This document shows positions 1-8,513 of a DNA stretch of 24,345 nt, piece by piece. The stretch comes from Candidatus Hodarchaeota archaeon (GTDB lineage: Archaea; Asgardarchaeota; Lokiarchaeia; Sigyniarchaeales; SOKP01), in NCBI GenBank assembly GCA_048886685.1, contig JBHLKM010000031.1, positions 1-24,345 of the forward strand, read 5' to 3'. Within the stretch, counting starts at the first letter, position 1; each line of letters opens with the position of its first letter. A program made the translations under genes and the position numbers. A model generated the notes under the pieces. The model was not told where the DNA came from and made no database searches. It was given only the letters and a program-made list of their open reading frames with translations.

Positions 1-3000
1 TCCTATAGCGATATAATGAAATATGAAATATTTAAAGGAGCAGATCTTATTCAATCTGGGAATTTGGGCATTGAAAATGATTACAAGGGAACTCATTATT
101 CATTTATCAATACAGAAAATTTAGAAAGCGATGTAACTTATTTAATTTTTGTTTCAGCTCAAAAATCGGGATATTCAATTCCTCAAGACTTACTCCTACA
201 ATTAAGCATATTAGAAAATAATTTAATCCTCAATCAATCCCAAAATGATGACTCAGTACAATCAGTCTATTGGTCAGACAATATTGATTTCTCGGTAAAA
301 GCGTATGGGGAAATTTCTGAAAGTTTTACTACTGAAACGAACATTTTTCAAGATATCGATCATAATTTTAAGTTTTCTCTCCCCGATATTACCACGAATT
401 GGAATTTATCGCGAATAACATTCAATATTTACAATATCTCGTGGAATGCTAATGCATCTGATATTAACTTATCCATCTTAGATCCTTATGGCATCAATAA
501 CATATTTAATACCTCTAATCATGCAGGATGGGATTATAATCTGGGAGTCTGGACGGGGATTACCATAAATGTAGATAAAGAAAGCCCGACACACGATAAT
601 TATTTTGAATTCAGTATTAGTGGAACATTTGATAACACAATAGATATCATTGCCGACGCATATTTCATTAGAACTGGTATTAATATTCAATATGAAAAAT
701 TTAATATTTCAGACAAAATTACTCTTGTATCTGAATCTGAGGGGTGGGTAATTAAGAATATTACATTTATAATTCAAAATTGCTACAATACTGCTACGTG
801 GGAGAAAATAAACTTATCTACCCTCACGAATTTAAATATCTCTACTGCGGATGACTTTAAATATTCTCTTCGGTCTGGGGATGAAAATGGAAATGGAGTA
901 TTAATAATAGATGATAAAATTATATATCCCATAGATAATCAATATCTATTTAGTGTTGAAAGCAATCCAAATATTGTATTCGATGCAATTATAAAGGTTG
1001 AATTTATTCAAGCTTTTTATCAAAATAAGCATATAGAAACTATTAACATATCATACATCCAGGAAAATATTCCTAATGGTGGAACTTATCAATTAAGTTT
1101 AACAAATGATTGGGGTGAAGAATACGCAGTTTTGTTAATAAGTGGTATAAATAACAAAACTAAAACCTTTTCTCCTTCAGAGGTTGCCATGAACATAACA
1201 ATTGGAGGTCAAACATATACCGTAATAAACACTCTTCCTGGACAAGGGATATTTTCGTTAAATGGTTTTAATAAAGATAGCTTATATTTAGCCTCAATTG
1301 AAACAAATCAACCAGTTAATTTCACGCTTTCTTTTAAAATCGGTTACTTAAGAACAGTTACCTACGAAACATTAGGGACTGTAACGTATGTTATACAAGA
1401 ATCACCCGATATATTTGGAATTGTAGATTATTATCCTAGTTTGGGAGAATTTATATTGAGTATAGATACTTCGCTAGTAGATGCAGACTATTACACTATA
1501 ATTTTTGAAGTATTTAAAGAGAATTATAAGATAACTACAAAAGACTTCGATTTCATGGTAATGAATCGCTTAACCTTAATAAATGGAGATTCAAAAATAT
1601 ATAGAGAACTTGAATTCATTTATGTTAAAGACGCACGGAATTTTACCTTTTTGTATACAGACGCCTTAACAGGAAGTAGAATTACAGATTTAACCACTCA
1701 ATCTTTTATGTGGGAAAAATACGATATTGACGGAAATGTAACCGCTAATGGTGAAGGAACATTAATTCAAGAAGTTGATGGATCTCTTGTGTTGGATTTT
1801 AACTCTGAAATCAGAGCTGTTGGAGATTATCTGTTAATTGTTAATTTGGAGAAAGATAATTATGAGTATAAAAACGCTATGATTCTTCTAACAATTAAGA
1901 CAAGGTTTTTATCATATTCTTTAGGGAGTAATTTCAAAAATTATCATATAAGTGTCGTTAAAGGTCATAGAGTCCCAATCCAAATGAACTTGACTGATCC
2001 AACGCAGGGTGGAATTCCTTTATTAAATGCTTCTGTTAGACTGATGATAAGTGGTATAGAATACCAATTCAATGAAGATACTAATGGAACATACATTCTT
2101 AATTTCCCAACTAGCAATGTGAACGCCTTTTTCGCATCAAAAACTCTCACAGGAATTATCAACATTACCAGAGAGGACTACTTTTCAGAAGAATTCTTAA
2201 TCACCATTACAGTTGAAATGGAAGAGATATTCCCAGGTATGCCAATGTTTTACTTTTTAATAATTGTATTTGCTATTCTCGCAACTGTTGGAAGCATAGT
2301 TGGCTATAGGGTATATAAGCATGCAACAATTCCAACTTTTGTTAAAAATGTAAGACAGATGCAAAAAGAAATTAAAGGGGGAAAATTAATCTCAGAATCC
2401 TTGCTATATCAAACAAAAGAAATTTTTGTTGGAGAGATAGTAAGAGATAGGTGGAGTGCTGTTGGACTTTCATTAGGAGATATATTAGGCATCGGAATTA
2501 AAAGAAGCAAAAAGATACCTCAACTAAAGCAGGTCACCTCAGAAGAAGAACATTATCTAAAACCATTAGGACTAATATTAATGAAATGGGATGAAAGAAT
2601 TGGATCAGAGATCATGGCAAAATACCCAGAAGATCTTAATGTTTCAGATAAAACTTTGATGCAAATATACGGAACACATGAATATAGTGGTGAAAAGGGT
2701 TTAGTTTCATTAATTAGGGGTAATCTAAACGTCTTATCATATTATACTGGTCCGGAATCAGCTTATTATGTTATTTTAATTTTAAGTATTGATGATGATC
2801 CTGATATTTATGAAGGAGCAATGCCCAATGTCGCACAATTGATACTTCAAAATCTTGATGATGATATATATCTACAGATGGTTCCCTCACTTTTCCAGCG
2901 CTTATCGGTCTATCCTTCTCTCACTGGTGAGCAAAATCTGATCTATTATTATCAAGATGATATCAAACGAATGGTAATTAATATCTTAAGAGATTATGGA

Positions 3001-3654
3001 GTAATTACCAAATCAGAGTTGAATATATGGGTGAAAGACAGCAAATTAGAAGGTATTATCGATCTAGAAGCGATTTTAGCGGACCTTATTAAGATCGAAT
3101 TAATAAAAATAACTTCAGTAAAAGGAATTCCTTCCGAGCTTATCTTTCTTACAAAAGAAATTTTCATGATAAGGGTACCTGCTGACACAATATTTAAAGA
3201 TCCTGTTAGTTATGGCTTACCAGCACAACTTACTAAGTTTTATCAAGATGAAGTTCTGAAATTCTTCAATGAATATCAGCCAGCTGAAGAAGATTCTCTT
3301 GAGCTTCTTAACATTTTAATCGATCCTGAAGTATATGAAACTGTCCGTTTATTAAGAACTGCTATAGTCACGATGAAAGATTTTGAAAAATTAAAAACTA
3401 AAGGAGTCAGTGATATTTATAGTGTACTAAAGAAGCTATGGGATACAAATATGATAAAAGTCTTCAAGGATGAGAATGGAATAGAATATTATACCCTCCT
3501 TACAGACTTTTATATTAATATATTTTTTCCCAAATATCTTTTAAATGTTATTAAGCGAACACATGAACAAAAATCTAAAACAGATAAAGTATTACTAGAA
3601 TATCTTAGTTTACTTGAAGAAACCTATTATACTGTTTCAAAATCAAAAAAGTAA
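1..3654 (+). CDS. Large single-pass membrane protein, 5'-truncated by the window: beta-rich extracellular region, TM helix, cytoplasmic uDENN/longin-like domain and tandem winged-helix-like domains
   Basis: Frame is open from base 1 (tcc tat agc gat ata atg), so the true start is probably upstream of the window. N-terminal ~740 aa are beta-rich with many NxS/T sequons. Hydrophobic MFYFLIIVFAILATVGSIVGY lies at ~2245-2307 and is followed by a basic segment. LILMKWDERIGSEIMAKYP from ~2570 resembles the first strands of uDENN longins. Confidence 0.8.
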   Translation, partial: SYSDIMKYEIFKGADLIQSGNLGIENDYKGTHYSFINTENLESDVTYLIFVSAQKSGYSIPQDLLLQLSILENNLILNQSQNDDSVQSVYWSDNIDFSVKAYGEISESFTTETNIFQDIDHNFKFSLPDITTNWNLSRITFNIYNISWNANASDINLSILDPYGINNIFNTSNHAGWDYNLGVWTGITINVDKESPTHDNYFEFSISGTFDNTIDIIADAYFIRTGINIQYEKFNISDKITLVSESEGWVIKNITFIIQNCYNTATWEKINLSTLTNLNISTADDFKYSLRSGDENGNGVLIIDDKIIYPIDNQYLFSVESNPNIVFDAIIKVEFIQAFYQNKHIETINISYIQENIPNGGTYQLSLTNDWGEEYAVLLISGINNKTKTFSPSEVAMNITIGGQTYTVINTLPGQGIFSLNGFNKDSLYLASIETNQPVNFTLSFKIGYLRTVTYETLGTVTYVIQESPDIFGIVDYYPSLGEFILSIDTSLVDADYYTIIFEVFKENYKITTKDFDFMVMNRLTLINGDSKIYRELEFIYVKDARNFTFLYTDALTGSRITDLTTQSFMWEKYDIDGNVTANGEGTLIQEVDGSLVLDFNSEIRAVGDYLLIVNLEKDNYEYKNAMILLTIKTRFLSYSLGSNFKNYHISVVKGHRVPIQMNLTDPTQGGIPLLNASVRLMISGIEYQFNEDTNGTYILNFPTSNVNAFFASKTLTGIINITREDYFSEEFLITITVEMEEIFPGMPMFYFLIIVFAILATVGSIVGYRVYKHATIPTFVKNVRQMQKEIKGGKLISESLLYQTKEIFVGEIVRDRWSAVGLSLGDILGIGIKRSKKIPQLKQVTSEEEHYLKPLGLILMKWDERIGSEIMAKYPEDLNVSDKTLMQIYGTHEYSGEKGLVSLIRGNLNVLSYYTGPESAYYVILILSIDDDPDIYEGAMPNVAQLILQNLDDDIYLQMVPSLFQRLSVYPSLTGEQNLIYYYQDDIKRMVINILRDYGVITKSELNIWVKDSKLEGIIDLEAILADLIKIELIKITSVKGIPSELIFLTKEIFMIRVPADTIFKDPVSYGLPAQLTKFYQDEVLKFFNEYQPAEEDSLELLNILIDPEVYETVRLLRTAIVTMKDFEKLKTKGVSDIYSVLKKLWDTNMIKVFKDENGIEYYTLLTDFYINIFFPKYLLNVIKRTHEQKSKTDKVLLEYLSLLEETYYTVSKSKK

Positions 3655-3660
3655 ATAATA

Positions 3661-3668
3661 TTTTTTTT
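3661..3668 (+). terminator. Putative archaeal oligo-T terminator
   Basis: T8 run starting 7 nt after the stop of the large membrane-protein gene. Confidence 0.35.
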
Positions 3669-3709
3669 CAGTTTTCCTATTTTTATTATAAGTTGGATTT
3701 CAGTATAAA

Positions 3710-3877
3710 ATGAATACAGATATAGAGAATATTTTCCATCTATGTTCTGATGATGAGGTTCTTGAATATTTTGTAGATTTCCAAGGAGAACCTGAAGATT
3801 ATGATGAATCTCCATATAATAAAACTGTTCAAGATGACATTAAATATATTAAAGAAATTATAATACCCTATAACTAG
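3710..3877 (+). CDS. Small acidic hypothetical protein, 55 aa (not in ORF track)
   Basis: ATG 3710 to TAG 3877 encodes MNTDIENIFHLCSDDEVLEYFVDFQGEPEDYDESPYNKTVQDDIKYIKEIIIPYN. Same strand as neighbours, gene-like GAA/GAT codon usage, fills the gap. Confidence 0.55.
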   Translation: MNTDIENIFHLCSDDEVLEYFVDFQGEPEDYDESPYNKTVQDDIKYIKEIIIPYN

Positions 3878-3996
3878 AGAGCTTTACTACAAATGTAATT
3901 GAATGAAAATTGAACGATTAGTGTTATTCAAAAGGTTTTAAAGGAAACTATGAATATTTTTACTTAACTCAACTCTAATAAAAAAAGCTGATTCTG

Positions 3997-5226
3997 ATGT
4001 TTTTTGATGAAGAAACCAGTATGCGGATTCGATATCTGCACTTCAAGATTAAAAAAATTGAAGCTGCTATAGTAAAAGAAGATGAATATTTTACTCTTGA
4101 TGATTTAAATCTCGTTTTAGAATATACGAAAGCCTTAAATAGAAATTATCAGAACGCAAATCATAAAGAGATTTTAGCAGATTTGGATATTACTAGGACT
4201 TTCCAAGATCTTTTAATTAACAAAGAAATAGAGATTCAAGATATAATGTTTGAATGTGCTCGTGTTCTTTGGGTTATGGCAAGAGCTTATTCTCAGCTTT
4301 CTGAGAAATATGAAGATGATGGAGAATGGGAGAATGCAATAATCGCAATGACAGAGTGCAGTAAAATGTATAAAACTTCAGCATATTTTAGTGCTGCAGT
4401 TATTAATCAAAAAGATATAGGGGTAACACTTGATTCTGAAAATTTAGAATTGAATTCAGAAGAATCAAGAATTCTTGCTCAAAGTATTGCTGCATTACGA
4501 GAAGAAACTAATAATAATATTTACTTTGCTTCAAAATTATATGCAGGACTTAGTTTATTATCAAAAAGATTGTTTTATTTAAAACAACATATGGAGAAAA
4601 AAAAGCAACAGATAAGAGCTCAATTTCATTATGATATGGGAAAAGCTTGCCATCTTAAAGCTCAGGCTTCTTTGGAATCATCGATAACTAATATCAATAA
4701 AGAGAAAGTTAAAAAGCTTGAACAAAAAGCTTTCTGGTATTATAGTAAAGCAAAAGATATCTGGGAAGATATGATCAAGAATATATCGCTCTCAATCGAT
4801 GAGAAAGAAACTATTGAGCTCAATTTATCTATAGTTAATGATAATCTTAACCAAAATGATGTAGATCCGTTGGATTACGAAGATATAAAAAAAATACAAG
4901 ATCCAGAACCGATAATTATTATTCCTGAAAACCTTGCGCCATTTGTACCTAAAAATATTATATATTTAACTAAATTTGTACCTAAAGATTTAAATATTAA
5001 GAGATTTAAGGCTTACCAAAGGAAAAAGTTGGAGGAAAAAATACCTTATAGTAAAAAAGAAAAACTAATGGATCAAAAAGCTGGTGTAGTTCGAACTATA
5101 AATGAGTTGAAAGTATTAAATGAGAATAATGAGATAGAAATCGAGAAGTTCGCGGAATTAATGGAAAAGTACTCCACAAAGCTCAAGATGATTGAATCTG
5201 CTATTGAGAAATTAATGAAAAAGTAA
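3997..5226 (+). CDS. Hypothetical alpha-helical (TPR-like repeat) protein with C-terminal helical hairpin
   Basis: 409-aa ORF with Ala/Tyr-periodic helices (ARAYSQLSEKYEDDGEWENAIIAM, AQFHYDMGKACHLKA, KAFWYYSKAKDIW). Confidence 0.7.
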   Translation: MFFDEETSMRIRYLHFKIKKIEAAIVKEDEYFTLDDLNLVLEYTKALNRNYQNANHKEILADLDITRTFQDLLINKEIEIQDIMFECARVLWVMARAYSQLSEKYEDDGEWENAIIAMTECSKMYKTSAYFSAAVINQKDIGVTLDSENLELNSEESRILAQSIAALREETNNNIYFASKLYAGLSLLSKRLFYLKQHMEKKKQQIRAQFHYDMGKACHLKAQASLESSITNINKEKVKKLEQKAFWYYSKAKDIWEDMIKNISLSIDEKETIELNLSIVNDNLNQNDVDPLDYEDIKKIQDPEPIIIIPENLAPFVPKNIIYLTKFVPKDLNIKRFKAYQRKKLEEKIPYSKKEKLMDQKAGVVRTINELKVLNENNEIEIEKFAELMEKYSTKLKMIESAIEKLMKK

Positions 5227-5402
5227 TAATACTGAAAAGATAATTAAAATCAGTGCTAATGATAGCAATCCATCGTGAAAATCTTTTTAGTCTAAGGTTT
5301 TACCAACTTTTCATAATTAATCAAATCTAAATTTAAAAATAAAATTAAATTATAGTTTAACCAATAATTTAATTTTTTATTTTAAGCAACTTTTTCTAAT
5401 TT

Positions 5403-5672
5403 ATGTCTGAACAAATTGCAATTTTGTTGTATATTAAAAATATGCTGGCAGATTTAATTTATATCAATGGTATAATAGCAACAGAGCTTATTAAAGTAAC
5501 AGAAAATACTGCTACTATTCGTCATGGTGAAGAATTCTTAAATAAAACAACTTGCCCTGCTGAACATAATCGGTTAAACAAAAGAATAGTTGAAATATTA
5601 AAAAGGTATCAAAAACCAACAGAAGATCTAGCTGGATTGGATTCACATGTTTTAACGCGTAATGATGAATAA
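5403..5672 (+). CDS. Hypothetical protein, 89 aa
   Basis: ATG-initiated ORF after an AT-rich promoter-like spacer; first gene of a co-oriented run ending in prs. Confidence 0.7.
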   Translation: MSEQIAILLYIKNMLADLIYINGIIATELIKVTENTATIRHGEEFLNKTTCPAEHNRLNKRIVEILKRYQKPTEDLAGLDSHVLTRNDE

Positions 5673-5691
5673 TATATTTGATAGAATAAAA

Positions 5692-6129
5692 ATGTCTGAA
5701 AACTTTGAAAAATTTGTTGAAAAGCTTCAAAAGAAAATAATTAAGCATGAGATCAAGGATCATAATGAAAGAATAGTAAATCTATGCTACAATCCTCAAA
5801 ATTGGGGAAAACCTTCGGAGGAAAATATAACTGTCCTAGAAGAACGAAGAGGAGGTCCTAAAGGTTATTTCCTAGGATTTTATTTAATGATAGAGGATGA
5901 TTTAATTGTAAAAGCAAATTATATTACTGATGGATGTGGAGTAATGATTGCTACTGGAAGTCAAACTACAATTTTAATTGAAGGTCAATCAATTAAATTT
6001 GCCGAAAATTTAGGCGTTGAAGATTTAGATAGAGCACTAATGGGATTACCTAAGGATGAAAAACACTGTGCGGATTTAGCGATTGTGACACTTAAAAGTG
6101 CAATTGAAAAATATAAACAAGAAATTTAA
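5692..6129 (+). CDS. IscU/NifU-N-like Fe-S scaffold family protein, first Cys ligand lost
   Basis: NPQNWG, YITDGCGVMIATGS and LMGLPKDEKHCADLA match IscU/NifU_N motifs. The usual CGD motif reads PKGY. ATG 5692 (MSENF) avoids overlap with the upstream gene; the track start is 5662. Confidence 0.75.
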   Translation: MSENFEKFVEKLQKKIIKHEIKDHNERIVNLCYNPQNWGKPSEENITVLEERRGGPKGYFLGFYLMIEDDLIVKANYITDGCGVMIATGSQTTILIEGQSIKFAENLGVEDLDRALMGLPKDEKHCADLAIVTLKSAIEKYKQEI

Positions 6130-6141
6130 TTTAAATTCATA

Positions 6142-6882
6142 ATGTTGGATATTATTACTGAAAATGTTGATATTCCTGTAATATCAGATAATATAAATCT
6201 TAAAAGTACTATATATTTTACTTTAAATACTAACCCTAAGGCCCCATGGATAATCAATCTTGCAGGATTTATGAATCACAGAGAAAGTTATCTTGTAAAA
6301 TACTTTTCTGAAAGATTTGCTAACGCAGGATATTATGTTCTATCATATGATTATCGTGGTCATGGAGAAACAAAATTAAAGCCAGGAGTTAGATGGTATG
6401 AAATGATGCCCCAAATATTTTCAGATATCCATGTTGTTCTTGAATGGATAATTAAAAATCAAGATAATAGACTTTTAGATGACAAAATTGCTTTATTTGG
6501 AAGGAGTCTAGGAGGTGCAATTATCTTATCTCATGGTTTTATAGATGAGAGAGCTAAATTATTAATTGCACTTAGTACTAGATATGATTACCGAACGGTT
6601 CGAGAAAGATATCCGATGGTTCAAGAATATGAAGGGGAGGAAATCATTAAGAAAATTAGTCCTAAATATTTTTTAAAAAAAGATCAATTAAATAATGAGA
6701 GAATCTTAATTGCACATTGTAGAGATGATGATACAGTTCCTTTTGAAAATTTGCATTACATCAGAAAAAGTCTTGGATTAAATGATGAAAATGTACTTGA
6801 GTTTGATACTGGAAAGCATACATTTTCAGGACATAGAGAAGAAATTTTCAATTACTCCCTTGAATTTTTAAAGAAGTTGTAA
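6142..6882 (+). CDS. Alpha/beta-fold hydrolase
   Basis: YDYRGHGET, nucleophile elbow GRSLGG, acid in DDTVP, His in GKHTF. Confidence 0.9.
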   Translation: MLDIITENVDIPVISDNINLKSTIYFTLNTNPKAPWIINLAGFMNHRESYLVKYFSERFANAGYYVLSYDYRGHGETKLKPGVRWYEMMPQIFSDIHVVLEWIIKNQDNRLLDDKIALFGRSLGGAIILSHGFIDERAKLLIALSTRYDYRTVRERYPMVQEYEGEEIIKKISPKYFLKKDQLNNERILIAHCRDDDTVPFENLHYIRKSLGLNDENVLEFDTGKHTFSGHREEIFNYSLEFLKKL

Positions 6883-6934
6883 AGTAAGAAAAAAAGAAAT
6901 ATTCTTATTTATTTGTATATAATGGTGAAAAAAA

Positions 6935-7840
6935 ATGGTAAAAAAAGTATTAATTGTGGGACCAGCGTCCCAAATACTTGGAGTAAAAATAGCTAAACAG
7001 TTAGGGATTGAAGCCATAAATACTGAAGTTAAAAGGTTCCCTGACGGTGAAAATTATCTAAGAATTAATATTGAAGATGAAACTCTAATTGCCGATAAAG
7101 AAGTTATAATAATTCAATCAACAGGTCCTAGTTCAAGTGGAAATCAAAATAGTCGTCTAATGGAGCTTTTTATGATGATTGATTCTGTAAAACGAATGGG
7201 TGCAGCAAAAATTATTGTTGTTGTGCCTTATCTTGCGTATGCTCGTCAGGATAAAATTTTTAGACCAGGAGAAAGTCAGTTTGCGAACGTAATTTTTCGT
7301 ATTATTAATTCAATGGGAATTGATGAATTATATTCTGTTGATGTCCATGCCCCAGAAGTTATGGATGAGTGTTCTTGTAAAGCTATTAATATTGATTCGA
7401 TGAAACTCTTAGCTGATTATGTAACATCCAAAGGGGCAAAAGATATTGTAGTAATAGCCCCAGATAAGGGGGCAATAGAAAGATCAGAAGCTTTTGCCAA
7501 ACATTTTGGAGAAAATGTTCCTGTAAATGTTTTTGAAAAAGAACGAGATGTCAAGACAGGTGAAATCAAAATGACGGGAGCACTGAGTCTAAAAGATAAA
7601 GATGTGGTTATTGCGGACGATATCATTGCTACAGGTGGAACTATGGCTTCAGCGATACAACTTGCAAGAAAAAGTGGAGCCAATAAAATATTCGCTGTAG
7701 CTACTCATGCATTATTATTAGATCAAGCTAAATATCGAATATTAGAAGCAGGAGCAGATGAAATAATTGGTACTGATGCAATTGATAATGAGGTAAGTAA
7801 AGTTTCATTAGCTAAAATAATTGCTGATTATTTAAAATAA
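6935..7840 (+). CDS. prs: Ribose-phosphate pyrophosphokinase
   Basis: RFPDGE, PYLAYARQDK, VDVH, APDKG and the PRPP-binding DDIIATGGT motif. Confidence 0.97.
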   Translation: MVKKVLIVGPASQILGVKIAKQLGIEAINTEVKRFPDGENYLRINIEDETLIADKEVIIIQSTGPSSSGNQNSRLMELFMMIDSVKRMGAAKIIVVVPYLAYARQDKIFRPGESQFANVIFRIINSMGIDELYSVDVHAPEVMDECSCKAINIDSMKLLADYVTSKGAKDIVVIAPDKGAIERSEAFAKHFGENVPVNVFEKERDVKTGEIKMTGALSLKDKDVVIADDIIATGGTMASAIQLARKSGANKIFAVATHALLLDQAKYRILEAGADEIIGTDAIDNEVSKVSLAKIIADYLK

Positions 7841-7855
7841 AAGGTAATCCATACT

Positions 7856-8398
7856 TTAGTAGGATCTAATGATTTCAAGAACAAGTTTTCGAATTTTTTT
7901 TTTTAATTCCTGTATCGTTGAATCATTCTGAATCTTGTAATCAGCGTTTTTTATCACATCATTAAGCCCAAATTGAATTTCTCTTTTATCTCTTTCCTTT
8001 AAATCACTAATATTTTTTGGATCATCACTACGACCTCTTTCAAAAAGACGTTTAAATCTTTCTTCTTCCTTAACTATAATAGCAATAATGGGAAATTTCC
8101 AAAACTTTCTAAAGACGTTAACTTCTGAGAGGGATCTAATCCCGTCAACAATGATTACATCTTCATTTTTACTTTTAATTAAATCTACACATTTTTTAGC
8201 AATTATATCTGGTCCCTCTTTTTCACGTAGATCTTTAGCAATTTTACCTATAATTTTTCCAGAAGGTTTTAAATTTCTTTTTTTAGCTTCATTTCGAATA
8301 ACATCACCCATTGTTACGATAAGGCCTAAATCTTTTATTGCTTCTATAGCTGTTGTTTTACCAGAACCCGCTAAGCCTACTATTCCACAAATTTTCAT
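7856..8398 (-). CDS. P-loop nucleoside-monophosphate-kinase-like protein (archaeal UPF0200 / dephospho-CoA-kinase-like)
   Basis: Walker A GLAGSGKT, MGDVIR, IVDGIRS, RLFERGRSDD, RDKRE. Confidence 0.85.
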   Translation of the reverse strand: MKICGIVGLAGSGKTTAIEAIKDLGLIVTMGDVIRNEAKKRNLKPSGKIIGKIAKDLREKEGPDIIAKKCVDLIKSKNEDVIIVDGIRSLSEVNVFRKFWKFPIIAIIVKEEERFKRLFERGRSDDPKNISDLKERDKREIQFGLNDVIKNADYKIQNDSTIQELKKKIRKLVLEIIRSY

Positions 8399-8513
8399 TT
8401 TTGCATCAATTCTTACTAAAATAATTTAAATATCTAGAATATGTTTAGATTCTATATAGAAAAAGAAATTAAATTTTTAAAATCTAACATAGTGGAAAAT
8501 TATTTCCTTGAAC

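Noticed and set aside
478-3188. Minus-strand ORFs 478-690, 1965-2165 and 2994-3188
   Set aside because: Antisense shadows inside the long membrane-protein gene, with no recognisable motifs.
3627-3815. 62-aa minus-strand ORF
   Set aside because: Overlaps the upstream gene end; the + strand ORF 3710-3877 looks more gene-like.
5851-5868. Selenocysteine recoding at the missing IscU Cys
   Set aside because: The codon is AAA, not TGA, and no convincing SECIS was seen.
8440-8491. Imperfect inverted repeat tatgtttagatt / aatctaacata in a divergent promoter
   Set aside because: Short, AT-rich and imperfect; cannot be distinguished from chance.
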